This document shows, piece after piece, positions 39,438 to 51,795 of a stretch of DNA of 64,000 nt. The notes beneath the pieces were generated by a model. That model saw only the letters and a program-made list of their open reading frames with translations. It was not told the origin of the DNA and made no database searches. The position numbers and the translations under genes were made by a program. Position 1 is the first letter of the stretch, and the number at the start of each line of letters is the position of its first letter. This DNA comes from Chiloscyllium plagiosum (taxonomy: Eukaryota), in the NCBI RefSeq assembly GCF_004010195.1, contig NC_057750.1:3509320-3573319 (forward strand), given 5' to 3'.

Positions 39438-39599
39438 ACACAGATCGGTATGGACAAGTTGGGCTGAAGTCCTTTTTCCGTGCTGTATATCTCTATGATT
39501 CTAAATTTCTTCAAAGGATGGAGGAGCCCAGTACTTAATTGCACAAGACAAGGCTGAAGCATTTTTAACCATCCTTCGCTACACATGTTGATCCATAAC

Positions 39600-40400
39600 A
39601 CCATTTTGGTGCAGAGAGATTTAGGTGTCCTTGTGAATGAATTGCAGAAGGTTAGTATGCAGGTACAGCAAGGAGTTAGGAAAGCTACTCAAATGTTATG
39701 TTTTATTGCAAGGGGAATTCAATGCAATAGTATAGAGGTTATGTTTCAATTATACACAGCTTTGGTGAGACCACATTTGGGGTACTGTGTACTGTACTGG
39801 TGATTGTGCTTATGGAAGCATGTTAATGCAATGGAAGCAGTTCAGAGAAGGTTTACTGCATTAATAGCTGGAAGGAATGAATTGTTTTATGAGGAACTGA
39901 TAGACAGGCTACCCTGTATCCTTTGGAGTTCGGAAGAATGAGAGATATTTAATTGAAACATACAAGTTCCTCAGGGTCTTGATTGGATGGGTGTGGAAAG
40001 GATATTTCCTCTTGTGAGAGAATCTAAAACTAGGGGTCATAGTTTAAAATTAAGGCGGGGGGAATACTCTGTGGATTCTGAGTCTTTGGAATTCCCTTCC
40101 TCAATTTTAACATATTTTAAAGGCAGCGATAGATAGATTCTTAGTCAAAAAGTGTGATGCTGGAATAGCACAGATGCTGCCTAACCTGTGCTTTTCCAGC
40201 GCCACACTTTTCGACTCTGACTCTCCAGCATCTGCAGTCCTTACTTTCTCATCGATAGATTTTTGATTGCCAAGGTGATGAAGGATTGTGCAGGTGTGTA
40301 GGAATTTAGAGTTAAGGTTAAAACCCGATCTCATTTGGTCTTATTAAATGATAGAGCTCAGAGGGCCAATTGGCTTACTCTTGTTCCTTGTCCATATATT
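39600..40400 (+). mobile_element. CR1 3' fragment with a palindromic mini-element insert (40148-40250)
   Basis: QRDLGVLV..LYTALVRPHLGYC. Confidence 0.85.
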
Positions 40401-40859
40401 CCCTTGAGCTCTCCATCATCACAGATACTCCTATTCAGTTAATTCAGATCATTTCAGGGGCTATCAAGGAAAAGCCTAAGGCATTGGATACTAAAGGTCT
40501 AAGGGCCCTAACAATATTCTGGCAGTAGTACTGCAAAGTCTCGCCAGTCGCATGGGGTGTGTTCCCCGAGAATGTTGCAATTAGTGACTTTAGTAAATGG
40601 TAAGCTTATGCACTGCACATATGTAATACACGCCACAAGCATAATGACATTTATACTCCAGGAAGCAAGTTTTTTTTTCTTCAATCCCCCACATAAGTGA
40701 AAATTAGATTTGCAGTGGGTGAAAAGTAAATATTGCACACAAGCAAATTCATGAAAGACAGACACATTACTTAACTGTAATACAGTTCTATGCTCCAGAA
40801 ACAGCCACACTCATAGCCAAGCTGTTTCAGTTCAGCTACAATACTGGCATTTAGTGACC

Positions 40860-41880
40860 TTTTTTTATTTATTCACTCGTGGAACATGGGTGTCACTGAC
40901 TGGCCCGTTACCCTTGAAGGTGGTGGTGAGCTACCTTTTTGAACCATTGCAATCCACATGCTGTAGGTAGACCTACAATGCCAATAGGGAGGAAATTCCA
41001 ATATTTTTAGCAACACTATTGGAATGGTGATATATTTTCAATTCCGGATAATGAGTGATTTGAATGGGAACCTGCTGGTGGTAGTGTTCCCACATATCTA
41101 CTGTCCTAGATGGACTTTATCATGTTTTTGGAAGCTGCTGTCTAAGGAGTTTTACTGAATTTCTGCATTGTATCTTTAGATAGTACACACTGCTGTTACT
41201 GAGCATCATGAGTGGATGTTTGTGGATGTAGTGCCATTGAAGTGGGTTGCTTTGCCCTGGATGGTGTCAATTTTCTTGAGAATTGTAAGAGCGGCACTCA
41301 TCAAGGCAAGTGGGAAGTATTTCAGCATAGTATTCCTGGTTTGTCTCATGTAGATGGTGAAACAGGCTTTGGGAAGTCAGAAGGTGAGTTACTTAGCCTC
41401 TGACTTACTCTTGTAGCCACTGTATTTATGTGGTGAGTCCAGTTGAGTTTCTAGTCAATGGTAACCCCCAGGATGTTGATCATGGGAGATTCAGTGATTG
41501 TAACACCAGTGAATATCAAGGGGCGGTGATTAGATTATCTCTCATTGGAGCTGGCCATTGCCTGACACATGCATGGTGCAAACTTTACTTGCAACTTGTC
41601 AGACCAAGCTTGGATATTGTTCAAATCTTGTTGTATTTGAACATGGACAGCTTCAGCGTCTGAGAAGTCATGAATAGTGCTGATCATTGTGCAATCATCA
41701 GTGAACATCCTGTTTTTAGATCTTTATGATGGAGGGAAGATTGATGAAGTAGCTGAAGATGCTTGTGTTTAGGACATTGTCCTGAGGAACTCCTGCAGAG
41801 ATGTCCTGGACCTGAGATGACTGACCTCTTATAAACAGAATTATCCTCCTGTGTGCCAGGTATGAGTCCAACTACCATAC
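40860..41880 (-). mobile_element. Second-family CR1/L2-group LINE 3' portion
   Basis: Homologous to 13825-17280. T-rich tail at 40860. Confidence 0.75.
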
Positions 41881-42132
41881 AACCTATCAAGTTTGCTCCA
41901 TCACTCAGTCATGACTGAAATACTTCTCAATCCTATTCTCCTGCCTTCACTCCATTACCTTTGATATCCTTACCAAATAAGAGCCTGTCTCAGTCTTAAA
42001 GACAGTCAATGACTGGCCTCCACAACCTTACATAACAATAAGTTTCACAGATTAACCACTGTCTGGTTGAAGACATTCCTTCTTATCTCAGCCCTAAATG
42101 GTCATCCCTTCCTTCTCATGCTGTGCCATTGG

Positions 42133-42350
42133 TGTACTGATTGTAATGAGGTCATCCAATGGAATATGAGTTCCCTGATTGGGCCAGACCAACAACCCCA
42201 ATCAGGGAACGCTGGCTGGCAGATATAAACAGGAGTGTTAGAGGTTCTACTCTGAGAGCTCTGAAGAAGCTTGGCCAGTGTTAGGTACTATGCATGTGTA
42301 AATAAAGGGTGACTTGGTGATGGGATACAGGCCTCTGTAGAGTTATTTCA
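42133..42350 (+). mobile_element. Gypsy solo LTR
   Basis: TGTA...TTCA, AATAAA, near-TSD attgg/gttgg. Homologous to 48886-49098 and 50958-51291. Confidence 0.8.
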
Positions 42351-42354
42351 GTTG

Positions 42355-43310
42355 GGTATAAGGAAAGTTGCCTAGGAATGTCTGTCCACAAAAGTGGAAA
42401 AACCTGGGTAATTGTTGATCATCAGTCTACTCTCAACCATCAGCGAAGTGAAGAAAGATTTTGTCAACAATACTTGTCAAACAACACTTAAACAGCAGTA
42501 ACCCATTCACTGATGCTTATGACTGTTTCTGATTGGGCCGTTCAGCTCCTGACCTCATTACAGCATTTACTAATAAGCAGCAAATAATAATCATTCTACA
42601 CATGTGCCAAGCAATGACCATTTCCAACAAGGTAAAGTCTAATCACCTATCCTTGTCATTTAATGACATTACTATTGCTAAAAGCCCTAATATCAACATC
42701 TTAGGCATTATCATTGACCAAAAACTAATTTGGACTGGTCTATATACATGTGACTACAAGAACAGGTAAGAAGCTTGAAGTTGAGGTGTTTTACTCCACT
42801 CATAAATTTCCAAAATCTGTCCATCATCTGCAAGGCACAAGTCAGGAGTGTGATGGGTTACTTTCCACTTGGCTAAATTGGTACTACCAAGAGTGTGGTG
42901 CTGGAAAAGCACAGCAGGTCAGGCAGCGTCTGAGGAGCAGGAAAATTGGTATTTTGGGCAAAAGCCCTTCATCAGGAATGAGGCTTTTGTCCGAAATGTC
43001 AATTTTTCTGCTCCTCAGATGCTGCCTTACCTTGCTGTGCTTTTCCAGCACATGCTCTCGACTCTTAATCTCCAGCATCTGTAGTACTCACTTTTGCCTA
43101 AATTAGTACTGCTCCAACAAAATCAAGAAGCTTGACACTATCCTGGACAAGAGGCCCCACTCCATCCACAAATCCAAACACTCATTCCCTTCACCATAAA
43201 GTGACAGCAGTCTACCTATCCAACAATACTCTGGATATATGTACATCACATGGACTACAATAGTTCACAAATGTGGCTGCTCACACCTTCTCAAGGCAAT
43301 TATGGATGGG
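42355..43310 (+). mobile_element. Second-family LINE fragment
   Basis: RSAPDLITA..., INILGIIIDQKLIWT. Confidence 0.7.
42887..43097. mobile_element. Palindromic hammerhead-family mini-element
   Basis: Inverted arms meeting at about 42975. TSD ctaaattggtact / ctaaattagtact. Confidence 0.8.
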
Positions 43311-44379
43311 CAACATGCAGTTATGAAAAGAAACTGTAACCCTCATATGAAATGGTTTCAATATCTTTGGACTAATGGAAACATCAGGCATCTTTAGTTG
43401 TCATTAGCCACTCAGTGGAATGTAAATAAAGATGGGTGTGGGAGTAGGCCATTCAGTCCCATCAATGTGCTCAAACAGTCAATATTTCAGTCTGATTTGT
43501 GGCCTTTAATCCATTTTGCTGATTGTTCTCATGTAACCCTTGATTCTCTTGTCAATCAAACACTGTCTACCCTCAACAAATCTACTTTGAAGTGTATGTT
43601 TGATGAAGTTAGAGTCAGATCTGGTTGGATGCCCAATTCCCCCACATTCCCTTCTCATCACCTCATCCCTGGACGGACATACAAGCCTCTGCTCCAGGTC
43701 AATGACAGTCCTTTAATTCCTTTAAAGAAATACAAAAAAAAAAGCCTGAAACTGTGCCATTATGGCTTCACATTTCAAACCTAGAATTAGTTCTTTGCTT
43801 GCTGCAAAATTAAAAGTATTTGGGCCACATTAATAAAGAGTTGTGTCTGCTTGAATATTTTCCACTCAGAGATAAGTCTGTTTAAATAATTAGGCTTTAG
43901 TAATCTGTTAAATGATCTTTTTGGCAAACTCTGCTCTTTTAGAAAGGTTACCACCTGCACTATTATTTCAAATATTTGGAGCATTTTAGCTTTATTAGAC
44001 AAGGTTCTTAAACAAAAGTGCTCAAACAGTGCTCATGATAAAAATCAACATTAAATCCAAATGTTGCTGTCTGAGCCCATTCTCTATGAAGAAAACCGCA
44101 GAAGAGTTTTGTAAATAATGACTTCTGCAGAAGATGTGAATTCAGTAATTACCCTCCCAGGCAGTGTGTTCCAGACCTACACTAGTTTCTGAGTGAAAAA
44201 GCTTTTCCTCAAATCCCTTGTAAACCTTCTGCCTTTTACTTTAAAATTATGCTTGCTTGTTATTGACTATCCAGAAGGCACGAGTTAGGAGTGTGACGGA
44301 ACATTGTCCACACGCCTGACTGCAGCTTCAACAACACGAGAAATTCAACATCATCCAGGACAAAGCAACTTTGATGCTC

Positions 44380-44431
44380 CACTCACCATATTAAATATTC
44401 ACTTACACTCACCATATTAAATATTCATTTA
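44380..44431 (+). repeat. 26-bp tandem duplication within a LINE fragment
   Basis: cactcaccatattaaatattca(c/t)tta x2. Confidence 0.85.
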
Positions 44432-46527
44432 CTAGACCACTATGTGCTCATAATGGACTGTGTAAGCATCTCAATGAATTATGTAGCTTGCTTTGACAAT
44501 ACTTTCCAAATCAGTGCACTCTTGTCGCTTAAAATGACAAGGGCAGCAGACAAATGGGAATTACAGCACCTGAAGAACCCCTTAAAGCCACAGATCATTG
44601 CAACTTGGGACCTGCAATGCTATTCAAAAACTTGGAATCCCTTCCTAAAGGCACTATGCATATATCTACACTAGATATCCAAATTAGGACAAATAAGGAT
44701 GAGCATCAGATTTGACCTTGCTGGCAATGATCCCATGTCATTAACAAAATAAAAGTTGAAGGCCCACTCAGAGATGGATTGCATCTCTAATGATATTGGA
44801 CTTCCTTAGTATTGCACTGAAACATCTAGTTAACATTGCAATGGAAGATATAATGGTGTGTTTAATATCTGTATGCAAGACAGCTGAATTAACTACAGAA
44901 CATTTCAAGATCTTTACTTGTAGCTTTCTTGTACTTTCAAGGGCAGGTGCTAGTTGTTCTCAGTTTTTCATCTAGATATCTCGTTGATATTTTAATATTT
45001 GCAGACAATTTAAGTATGTTAGGTGGCATGCATTACAGACAAGCCTCCATCTATCCTTACTTCCTAATCCTGCAGTTTTCAGTGTAATGATCAACAGTTG
45101 GACCCAAAAGGGTCACAATATACTCCCTCAACTGAAATTCCAGTTGGAATCAGCAAATACTAGAAATAAAACCTGGCATTGTATGTTTATTCTTTGTGGA
45201 ATGTAGATGTTATTGGCAAGGCCCACACTTCCTTGTCCATTTCCAATTGACTTTGAACTGAAAGCCTTGCTAGACTATTTTCGAGGGCTGTTAAAGGCCC
45301 ACCACGTTGTTGTGGGTTTGGAATAACATACAACAAAACCAGAAATGGCTGGAAAGTCTCAACACATCTGGCAGTATCTGGGTAGAGAAATCAGAGTTAA
45401 TGTTTCAAATCCAGTGACTCTTCTTCAGAATTACCACTATGCCACCACTTTGCACTGGTGGCTTGTAGTTTGCTACAACCAAGTTAGTTTAAATGAGAAG
45501 AGGCTCTTGACAAGATGTGGTTTATTCCATGATAGCAATCATGTACAGGTTAATTATTAAGTGACACATTATTACTAAGTGAAGAACTAGGATATAGGTC
45601 TTCACTCTATAAAATGCTATGATGTTCTCCCTTTCCCTACCCAAGACCTGATGGTATCATCAGATTGGGTGGAGCTTAATGTAATCTTCAGAATTAATCC
45701 TTTTAGAATTATCACTTTATACAACACCTGGGATTTTCTAACTCCTTTCGTTTAATATTACACAAAGCAACCTGCAAGCCTGCCTAAGCAAAAACAAAGG
45801 TAATTTGACAGAAGGGTTTTGAATACTTTTGTTCACTGAAGAATAGACAACAAACTGCAGGATTGGAGAATTAGAATCATGGAGACTGTGCTACAGAAGT
45901 GTGAGGCAACTGCCAATAACAAATTTTTTTGTTGACCTCAAAGATGGAATAGCTTCTACCAACTACATGGGCCATAGCACTCTGCATGTGCTTTCCCTTG
46001 ACACATCTTTGGCATGAGTGCAGGCAACAGCTAAGATCACACAGTTGTTGAATCTCTGATAATCCCTGAAAATCCAAATTCTTGGATCAGGATCTCTCAA
46101 AATTTCAAAAATAAGAGAATTAGGCAATTATGGTCAATCTAGGAATCTATGTAACTCCGCTATTAATCATCTAATACAAAATGGGGAGAGTAAAAATAAT
46201 TGCGTTTCAGCAACAATTAATGCATTGTTGAGCTGTTTCTGGATGCCAATTGGCAGAGGGCCATTTATGTTATGTCCAGTGATTGTTTATAATCATTCAA
46301 CTTATAATTCTGTATAACTGTAAAAAGATAAAGTAACTTGATATGGTGCAACTTTTCATGTCCCCTGAAATTCACCCTCCCTTTTCATAATTGAGTTTGG
46401 CTACATAAGTTTCAGAGCCTTTATAATGATTCCTGTTACTTGCTATATGGCAGCTAAATTTCCCCTACCTTGTAATATCATTTTCTTGCACTGATTTTGG
46501 TAGAAAACAAGGAAAACAATGACAATA

Positions 46528-46746
46528 GGAGAAAGTGAGGACTGCAGATGCTGGAGACCAGAGTTGAAAAGTGTGGTGCTGGAAAAGCGCAGCAGGCCAG
46601 GCAGCATCCGAGGAGCAGGAGAATCAACGTTTCGGGCATAAGCCCTTCTTCAGGAATCCTGAAGAAGGGCTTATGCCCGAAATGTCGATTCTCCTGCTCC
46701 TCGGATGCTGCCTTGCCTGCTGCACTTTTCCAAAACCACACTTTTC
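46528..46746. mobile_element. Palindromic double-hammerhead mini-element with 15-bp TSD
   Basis: ~90-bp arms centred at about 46656, with back-to-back CTGAAGAAGGGCTTATGCCCGAAA. TSD aaaacaatgacaata at 46513-46527 and 46747-46761. Confidence 0.9.
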
Positions 46747-47073
46747 AAAACAATGACAATATCCTTGAATCGCAAAATTGCACAGTGAGGAAGGTTATCA
46801 AAAGAGACCCAGAGACAGGAAGCTGGAGACTTGAAGTTTTAACGTGGAGGTGACATTTAGGTGTGGTCAGAGGTTAAATCAGGTAAAAATGTGAATGTGA
46901 AGAAGCAGGTGTCTACTTACCAATACCCATGTTAAACTGGTTATGCAAGTCCTCTTGAGTGCTCATAATTAAAGCAAGAAGCAGCCATTCATTTCTTGAG
47001 CCTACTTAATATATATTGTGACTTTAATCTACATTCCTGACTGTTCCCCACAACTCTGAACTCTGCAGGGCAC

Positions 47074-49098
47074 TAACACCATAGAGGCCGGTACCCTGTC
47101 AGCAATGGCACAGGCTGATGGTACTCCAAATGGCGGTCTTGTGTATTGGTACAAACCCTTAAGAGTATTATTGGTAGCATACTTCTGGGAATCTCCATCT
47201 AACCTAATGCAGTTGCAGGTATGCATAGCTCAGGTCTAGCTTTGTGAAGCACAGACCCCAAAACCCTCCCCCCCCCTCAACCTCCTGCCAACTTTGCCTA
47301 TAATTCCTCTATGTGAGGGAGTGGGTATTTATCCAGCTACAGAAGCGGTTTACCATTTGTTTAAAATCCCCACAAAGGCAAACCGACCCATCATGCTTCA
47401 TAATCGGTACGACCAGTGCTGCCCATTCTGCAAACTGTACTTGTTTGATGATTCCTTTGCTTTCTAGTCTTCTGACATCTGCCTCTACTTTTGCACGTAA
47501 GGTAAATAGCACTGGGCAGGCCTTGCAGAATCATGAAATTGCTTCCTGATCAACATGTAAAGTGGGCTTGGCTCCTTTGATATTCCTGAGACCTTAAAAA
47601 TATTCCAGGTGTTCAATTAGGACTTCACTCAGGCAGCCATTTTTTGATGTAAAAATATTGAGCCAATCAAGGTGAATCTTTCTCAACTAATTTTGCCCCA
47701 TGCGCCAGAACTTTTTAGTACAATCAATGGTAACGAAACCAACTGCTTCTTATACAGGATTTGAAACAAAGTTGTATCCTTAATCTGTAATCTACTCCCC
47801 AGTATAGGTTCTCAATCTGGCTGAGGTCTTACACGAACCTAAGGGTTGGAATCCATAGCGAATTTTGTTAAAGACTGGTTGTGTAATCAATGTACACAGC
47901 CATGCTAGTATCAACCACCATTAGAACTGGAGGACCATTTAACCAGATGTTTATTTTGATTGGTTCTACTTTGGATGTCGTAAAGCTATTTAACTGTTCC
48001 AAGCCAGATATAGGTGGGCTTTCCAAGGTGTGCATTCTCCTGGATCCTGGCCTATGAGTTCTCTTAATCAATTCAGGCTTGGTAGGACTCTTTTGATGTC
48101 TCAAGTTTCCATAGCAGCAGCAACTACAATGGCTTGCTGGTCCCAGATTCTGAAGAAAATGTTAACCATTTGGCCAAGGCTTGATTTTGTTTTTGCTGTG
48201 GGCTGACCTAGAGCCCCTCTGTTCAGGATATGTCCTGAGTGAGGCTATGTAATTGCCTTCACTCAAGTGGTGTCCCCCAAGCTCAGTTAGCTTGGCAAGG
48301 ATGTCCACTTCCATCAGCCTGCAACTCATGCTCCATTTTCCATTTTCTAATGACAAAGCAGTTGTTATGAAGTTCATTTGGGCTTCAGCTAGTAGGTGCT
48401 TTTGCATGGTTACGTCATAAATCCCACACACCAAATGGTCTCTCAGCATCTCATTAAGAGTTAAATTAAGTCATGCCCCTTTGCCAGTCATCTTATCCTT
48501 GTCAAAAATCCTGCTGCAGGTTCCTCTTGTTTTTGAAGTGCCAAGTAAAACCAATAGCATCTCAGAATTAGAGGAGGCTTGGGGCTTGTAATATTCCTTT
48601 ACTACATCTCTGAACTCTTGAAAGGTTTTAGTACCTAGTGCCTCAGGAAACATTAGGCTCCTAATTATCTGTCAGGAGAATTGCTCATTGTTTTTCATCT
48701 GCCCCAATATCATTTGCCCAGAAAAGGTAACTCATTCTTTCCAAATATGGACCCAGTCTTCAACAGCAGGATTGAAAGTGTCAAGCTTCTCAAATAACGG
48801 CATGATGCCAGAAATGCTTAGCCCGACTCACAGATGAATGTTGCAAATGAATTTCTTCAGGTGCATTTTTTTCTCTCATTGCCACTGAAATAATCACCAA
48901 CTCGCCCTTTATTTACATATGCATTGCACTTGACACTGGTCCCACTTCCTTAGACCCACCTGTCAGAGTGAACAGAATCTCTGAAATTCTTGTGTATATC
49001 TGTCAGACAGGGCTCTCTGGCTGAACCAGATTAACAGCCCCAGTCAGGGAACTTACATTCTATGAGGTCCACCTGTTGACCTTGTTATAATCACTACA
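47074..49098 (-). mobile_element. Gypsy LTR retrotransposon, internally deleted (5'LTR-PBS-gag-PR-partial RT-3'LTR stub)
   Basis: LTR 48886-49098, PBS tggcaatgagag, gag MPLFEKLDTFNP / LRDHLVCGI, protease LMVVDTS, RT WAALVVPIMKHDGSVCLCGDFK and KGLYQYTRPPFGV. Confidence 0.9.
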
Positions 49099-49840
49099 AA
49101 CAGCTGAACAAAATCTGTTAAACTAAGCCTTGAAGATGACTTTTCAAATTCAAGTCTTCATTGCTGTCTATGAAGGAGAATTGCAAAGAAAGCAATTCTT
49201 TCTTTCCTCTATCTTAAATAAAAGAGTCCATGTTCTAGATTTCCCCACAAAAGAAAACATCCTCTGAGCAGCTAACCTGTCAAACCCTTTAGAATCTTAT
49301 AATTGAACAATGTCACCTTTCATTCTTTTAAACTCCAATTAGCAAAGCTTCAAACAGCTAAACTTTCCTCATAAAAAATCAACCATTCACTCTCCACTCT
49401 ATTTTCTTTGCATCTTGTGACTTGGCAGGACTGAGTTAATTACATTATCTAGGGTGCTGGCTTGTTTATGTGTAATTCACCATCCTCCCATTGTTGAATC
49501 AAAACTTCCAACAACTATTTCAAAAGAAAGAGAATAAATAATTGTGTTTGTATAACATTAACACACAATTGAAGTATCTCAAAGTAGTTCACACATTGAA
49601 TTAACTTTATGAAATGCACCAACTATTGTTGTGTAGGTAGATATAACATCCCTTCTGTAAGATCATAACAGAGGTAGGCTATTCAGCCCAATAAGTCTGC
49701 TCCTCTATTCAATGTGATCTGATAATTCTCAACTCCACTTTGCTGCCTTTTTCTCATACCCTTTGATCCCCCGTGAACTAAAATTTGTTGATCTCAGTTC
49801 TGAGCATACTGAATGACCATTGCAAGTATTTCACAGATTG

Positions 49841-50130
49841 TGGGCGGCACGGTGGCACAGTGCTTAGCACTGCTGCTTCACAGCGCCCGAGACCCGGGTT
49901 CAATTCCCGCCTCAGGTGACTGACTGTGTGGAGTTTGCACGTTCTCCCCGTGTCTGCGTGGGTTTCCTCCGGGTGCTCCGGTTTCCTCCCACAGATGTGC
50001 AGGTCAGGTGAATTGGCCATGCTAAATTGCCCGTAGTGTTAGGTAAGGGGTAAATGTAGGGGTATGAGTGTCGGTGTGGACTTGTTGGGCTGAAGGACCT
50101 GTTTCCACACTGTAATCTAATCTAAATCTA
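49841..50130 (+). mobile_element. HE1/V-SINE, near full length, inserted in a CR1 3' fragment
   Basis: ggcacggtggcacagtg A-box, ggttcaattcc B-box, V-domain and (aatct)n tail. Confidence 0.92.
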
Positions 50131-50957
50131 GATTCACCACTGCCCATGAAAAGGCATTCTTCTCTGTCTTAAATGTGCATTCACTTATTCTGAGATTATG
50201 CCCTCTGATCCTAGCTTCCTCTGCAAGGGGAAAGAACCGTTCTGCAACAAGCATGTAAGCTTTTTTATATGCTTCAATGCTAAGAATTTTATATGCTTTA
50301 TGTGGAGATGATACCTAATGAGGACCATGAAATGATTGTTAGAAAAGCCAGTGTGGTTCACTTTAGGGAAGGAAATCTGCCTTACATGGTCTGGCTTACA
50401 TGTGACTTCAGACCCACAATAATGTGGTTGACTCTTTACTGCCCTCTGGTAATAAATGCTGCAATGCCCATATCCTGTGAATGAATCTTTTAGAAATAAG
50501 GTCACCTGTCATTCCTCTAAATTCCGATGAGTACAACACTGAGCTGGATGACTGTTTAATCTATTTCTTTAGTGATGATGGTACTGATGAGAGGAATCTT
50601 GGAGAGGATAAAAGTTGTTGTAGGATTTTTAATATTAATCAAACAGGGATACCAACGAACCTTTTAGCCATTTCTAGTGCCAATGATTTCATCAATGTGA
50701 TAAATAGCATAAAGTATCAGAATTGATCACAATGCATTTTTTTAAAAGGGAACTATTTCCCAAGATTCCTAGTGCTAATGGTTGATACTTAATTGGGATT
50801 TAGTGGCAAGATCTCTTTATATCTTCAACTGTACATCACAATCATAGCATCAACAGTGATATCTTTCCATTTTTGTGCATGTTTGGAGTTTTCTATTGGT
50901 AATGGAATTTCAAAATCTCAGTATAATGGAGCCATTTGAGACAAAGGTGTTGAATTC

Positions 50958-51304
50958 TATAGTGATTGGATTAAGGACCAGATGGATCACATTGACTATC
51001 TGATCCTTGATTGAGATTGTTAACCTGGGCCAATCAAGGACCCGTGGCTAACAGATAATTAGTAGATTCAGGCCTAGCTTTGCTGCTCCTCTCCCTTGTA
51101 ACATTGCTGTCTCTTATGTACAGCTGTAAATGTTTTTTGTAAACTGTTTGTTTGTAATTTGTTTAATAAAATATAAAATTAGTAGATTCAGAGAGTCTCC
51201 TCATTCTAGGGACTGGCTGTAAGCTGGCTGGTCAGAGTCCATGTACTAGCTGACTTGGGGATAGGATACTAGCCTCTGTGCAGTTATCTCAGTGGCGATG
51301 AGAG
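50958..51304 (+). mobile_element. Gypsy LTR + PBS, containing a 105-bp retroposed insert
   Basis: LTR ends ttatctca and is followed by tggcgatgagag. Insert 51072-51176 has TSD aattagtagattcag. Confidence 0.8.
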
Positions 51305-51434
51305 TAGGACTAATACATGGAACGAATTTGGGACTAAAATAGAAATTGATGGAAATGCTCAGCAGGTCTGGCAGTATCAGAGTCTTCTGAATGCTTGTGG
51401 ACCCACAGCATTTTCAGTTATTAGGAGCCTAATA

Positions 51435-51795
51435 ACAGATGACAAGCAACACAAGTTCGACTGGGACAACACTACTATTATAGGACAAGCCAAACAGAGA
51501 ACAGCCAGGAAATTCCTAGAGGCATGGCACTCACCCACAGATTCAATCAATAAGCACATCGACCTGGACCCAATATACTGGCCACTGCAGTGGACAGCTG
51601 GAACTGACAACCAGAAGCGGCAGGTACAAATCACTATAAATGCCGGAGGAAACCTCACAGAAGGGCTTCACAGGAGGCTCCCAAGCACTGAGGATGTCAC
51701 CTAGACAGGGGATGAAACGTCTGCAACACAAATTCCCAGCTCGGCGAACAGAACCACAACAACGAACACCCGAGCTACAGATCTTCTCCCAAATT
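51435..51795 (+). mobile_element. Penelope-like 3' end with intact hammerhead core
   Basis: HKFDWDNTTIIGQAKQRTARKFLEAWHS endonuclease C-terminus. Motif gca-CTGAGGA-tgtcacctagacaggggat-GAAA-CGTC-tgc at 51685-51724. Confidence 0.88.

Noticed and set aside
49841..49915. tRNA gene
   Set aside because: It is the tRNA-derived head of an HE1 SINE, followed by the V-domain and LINE tail.
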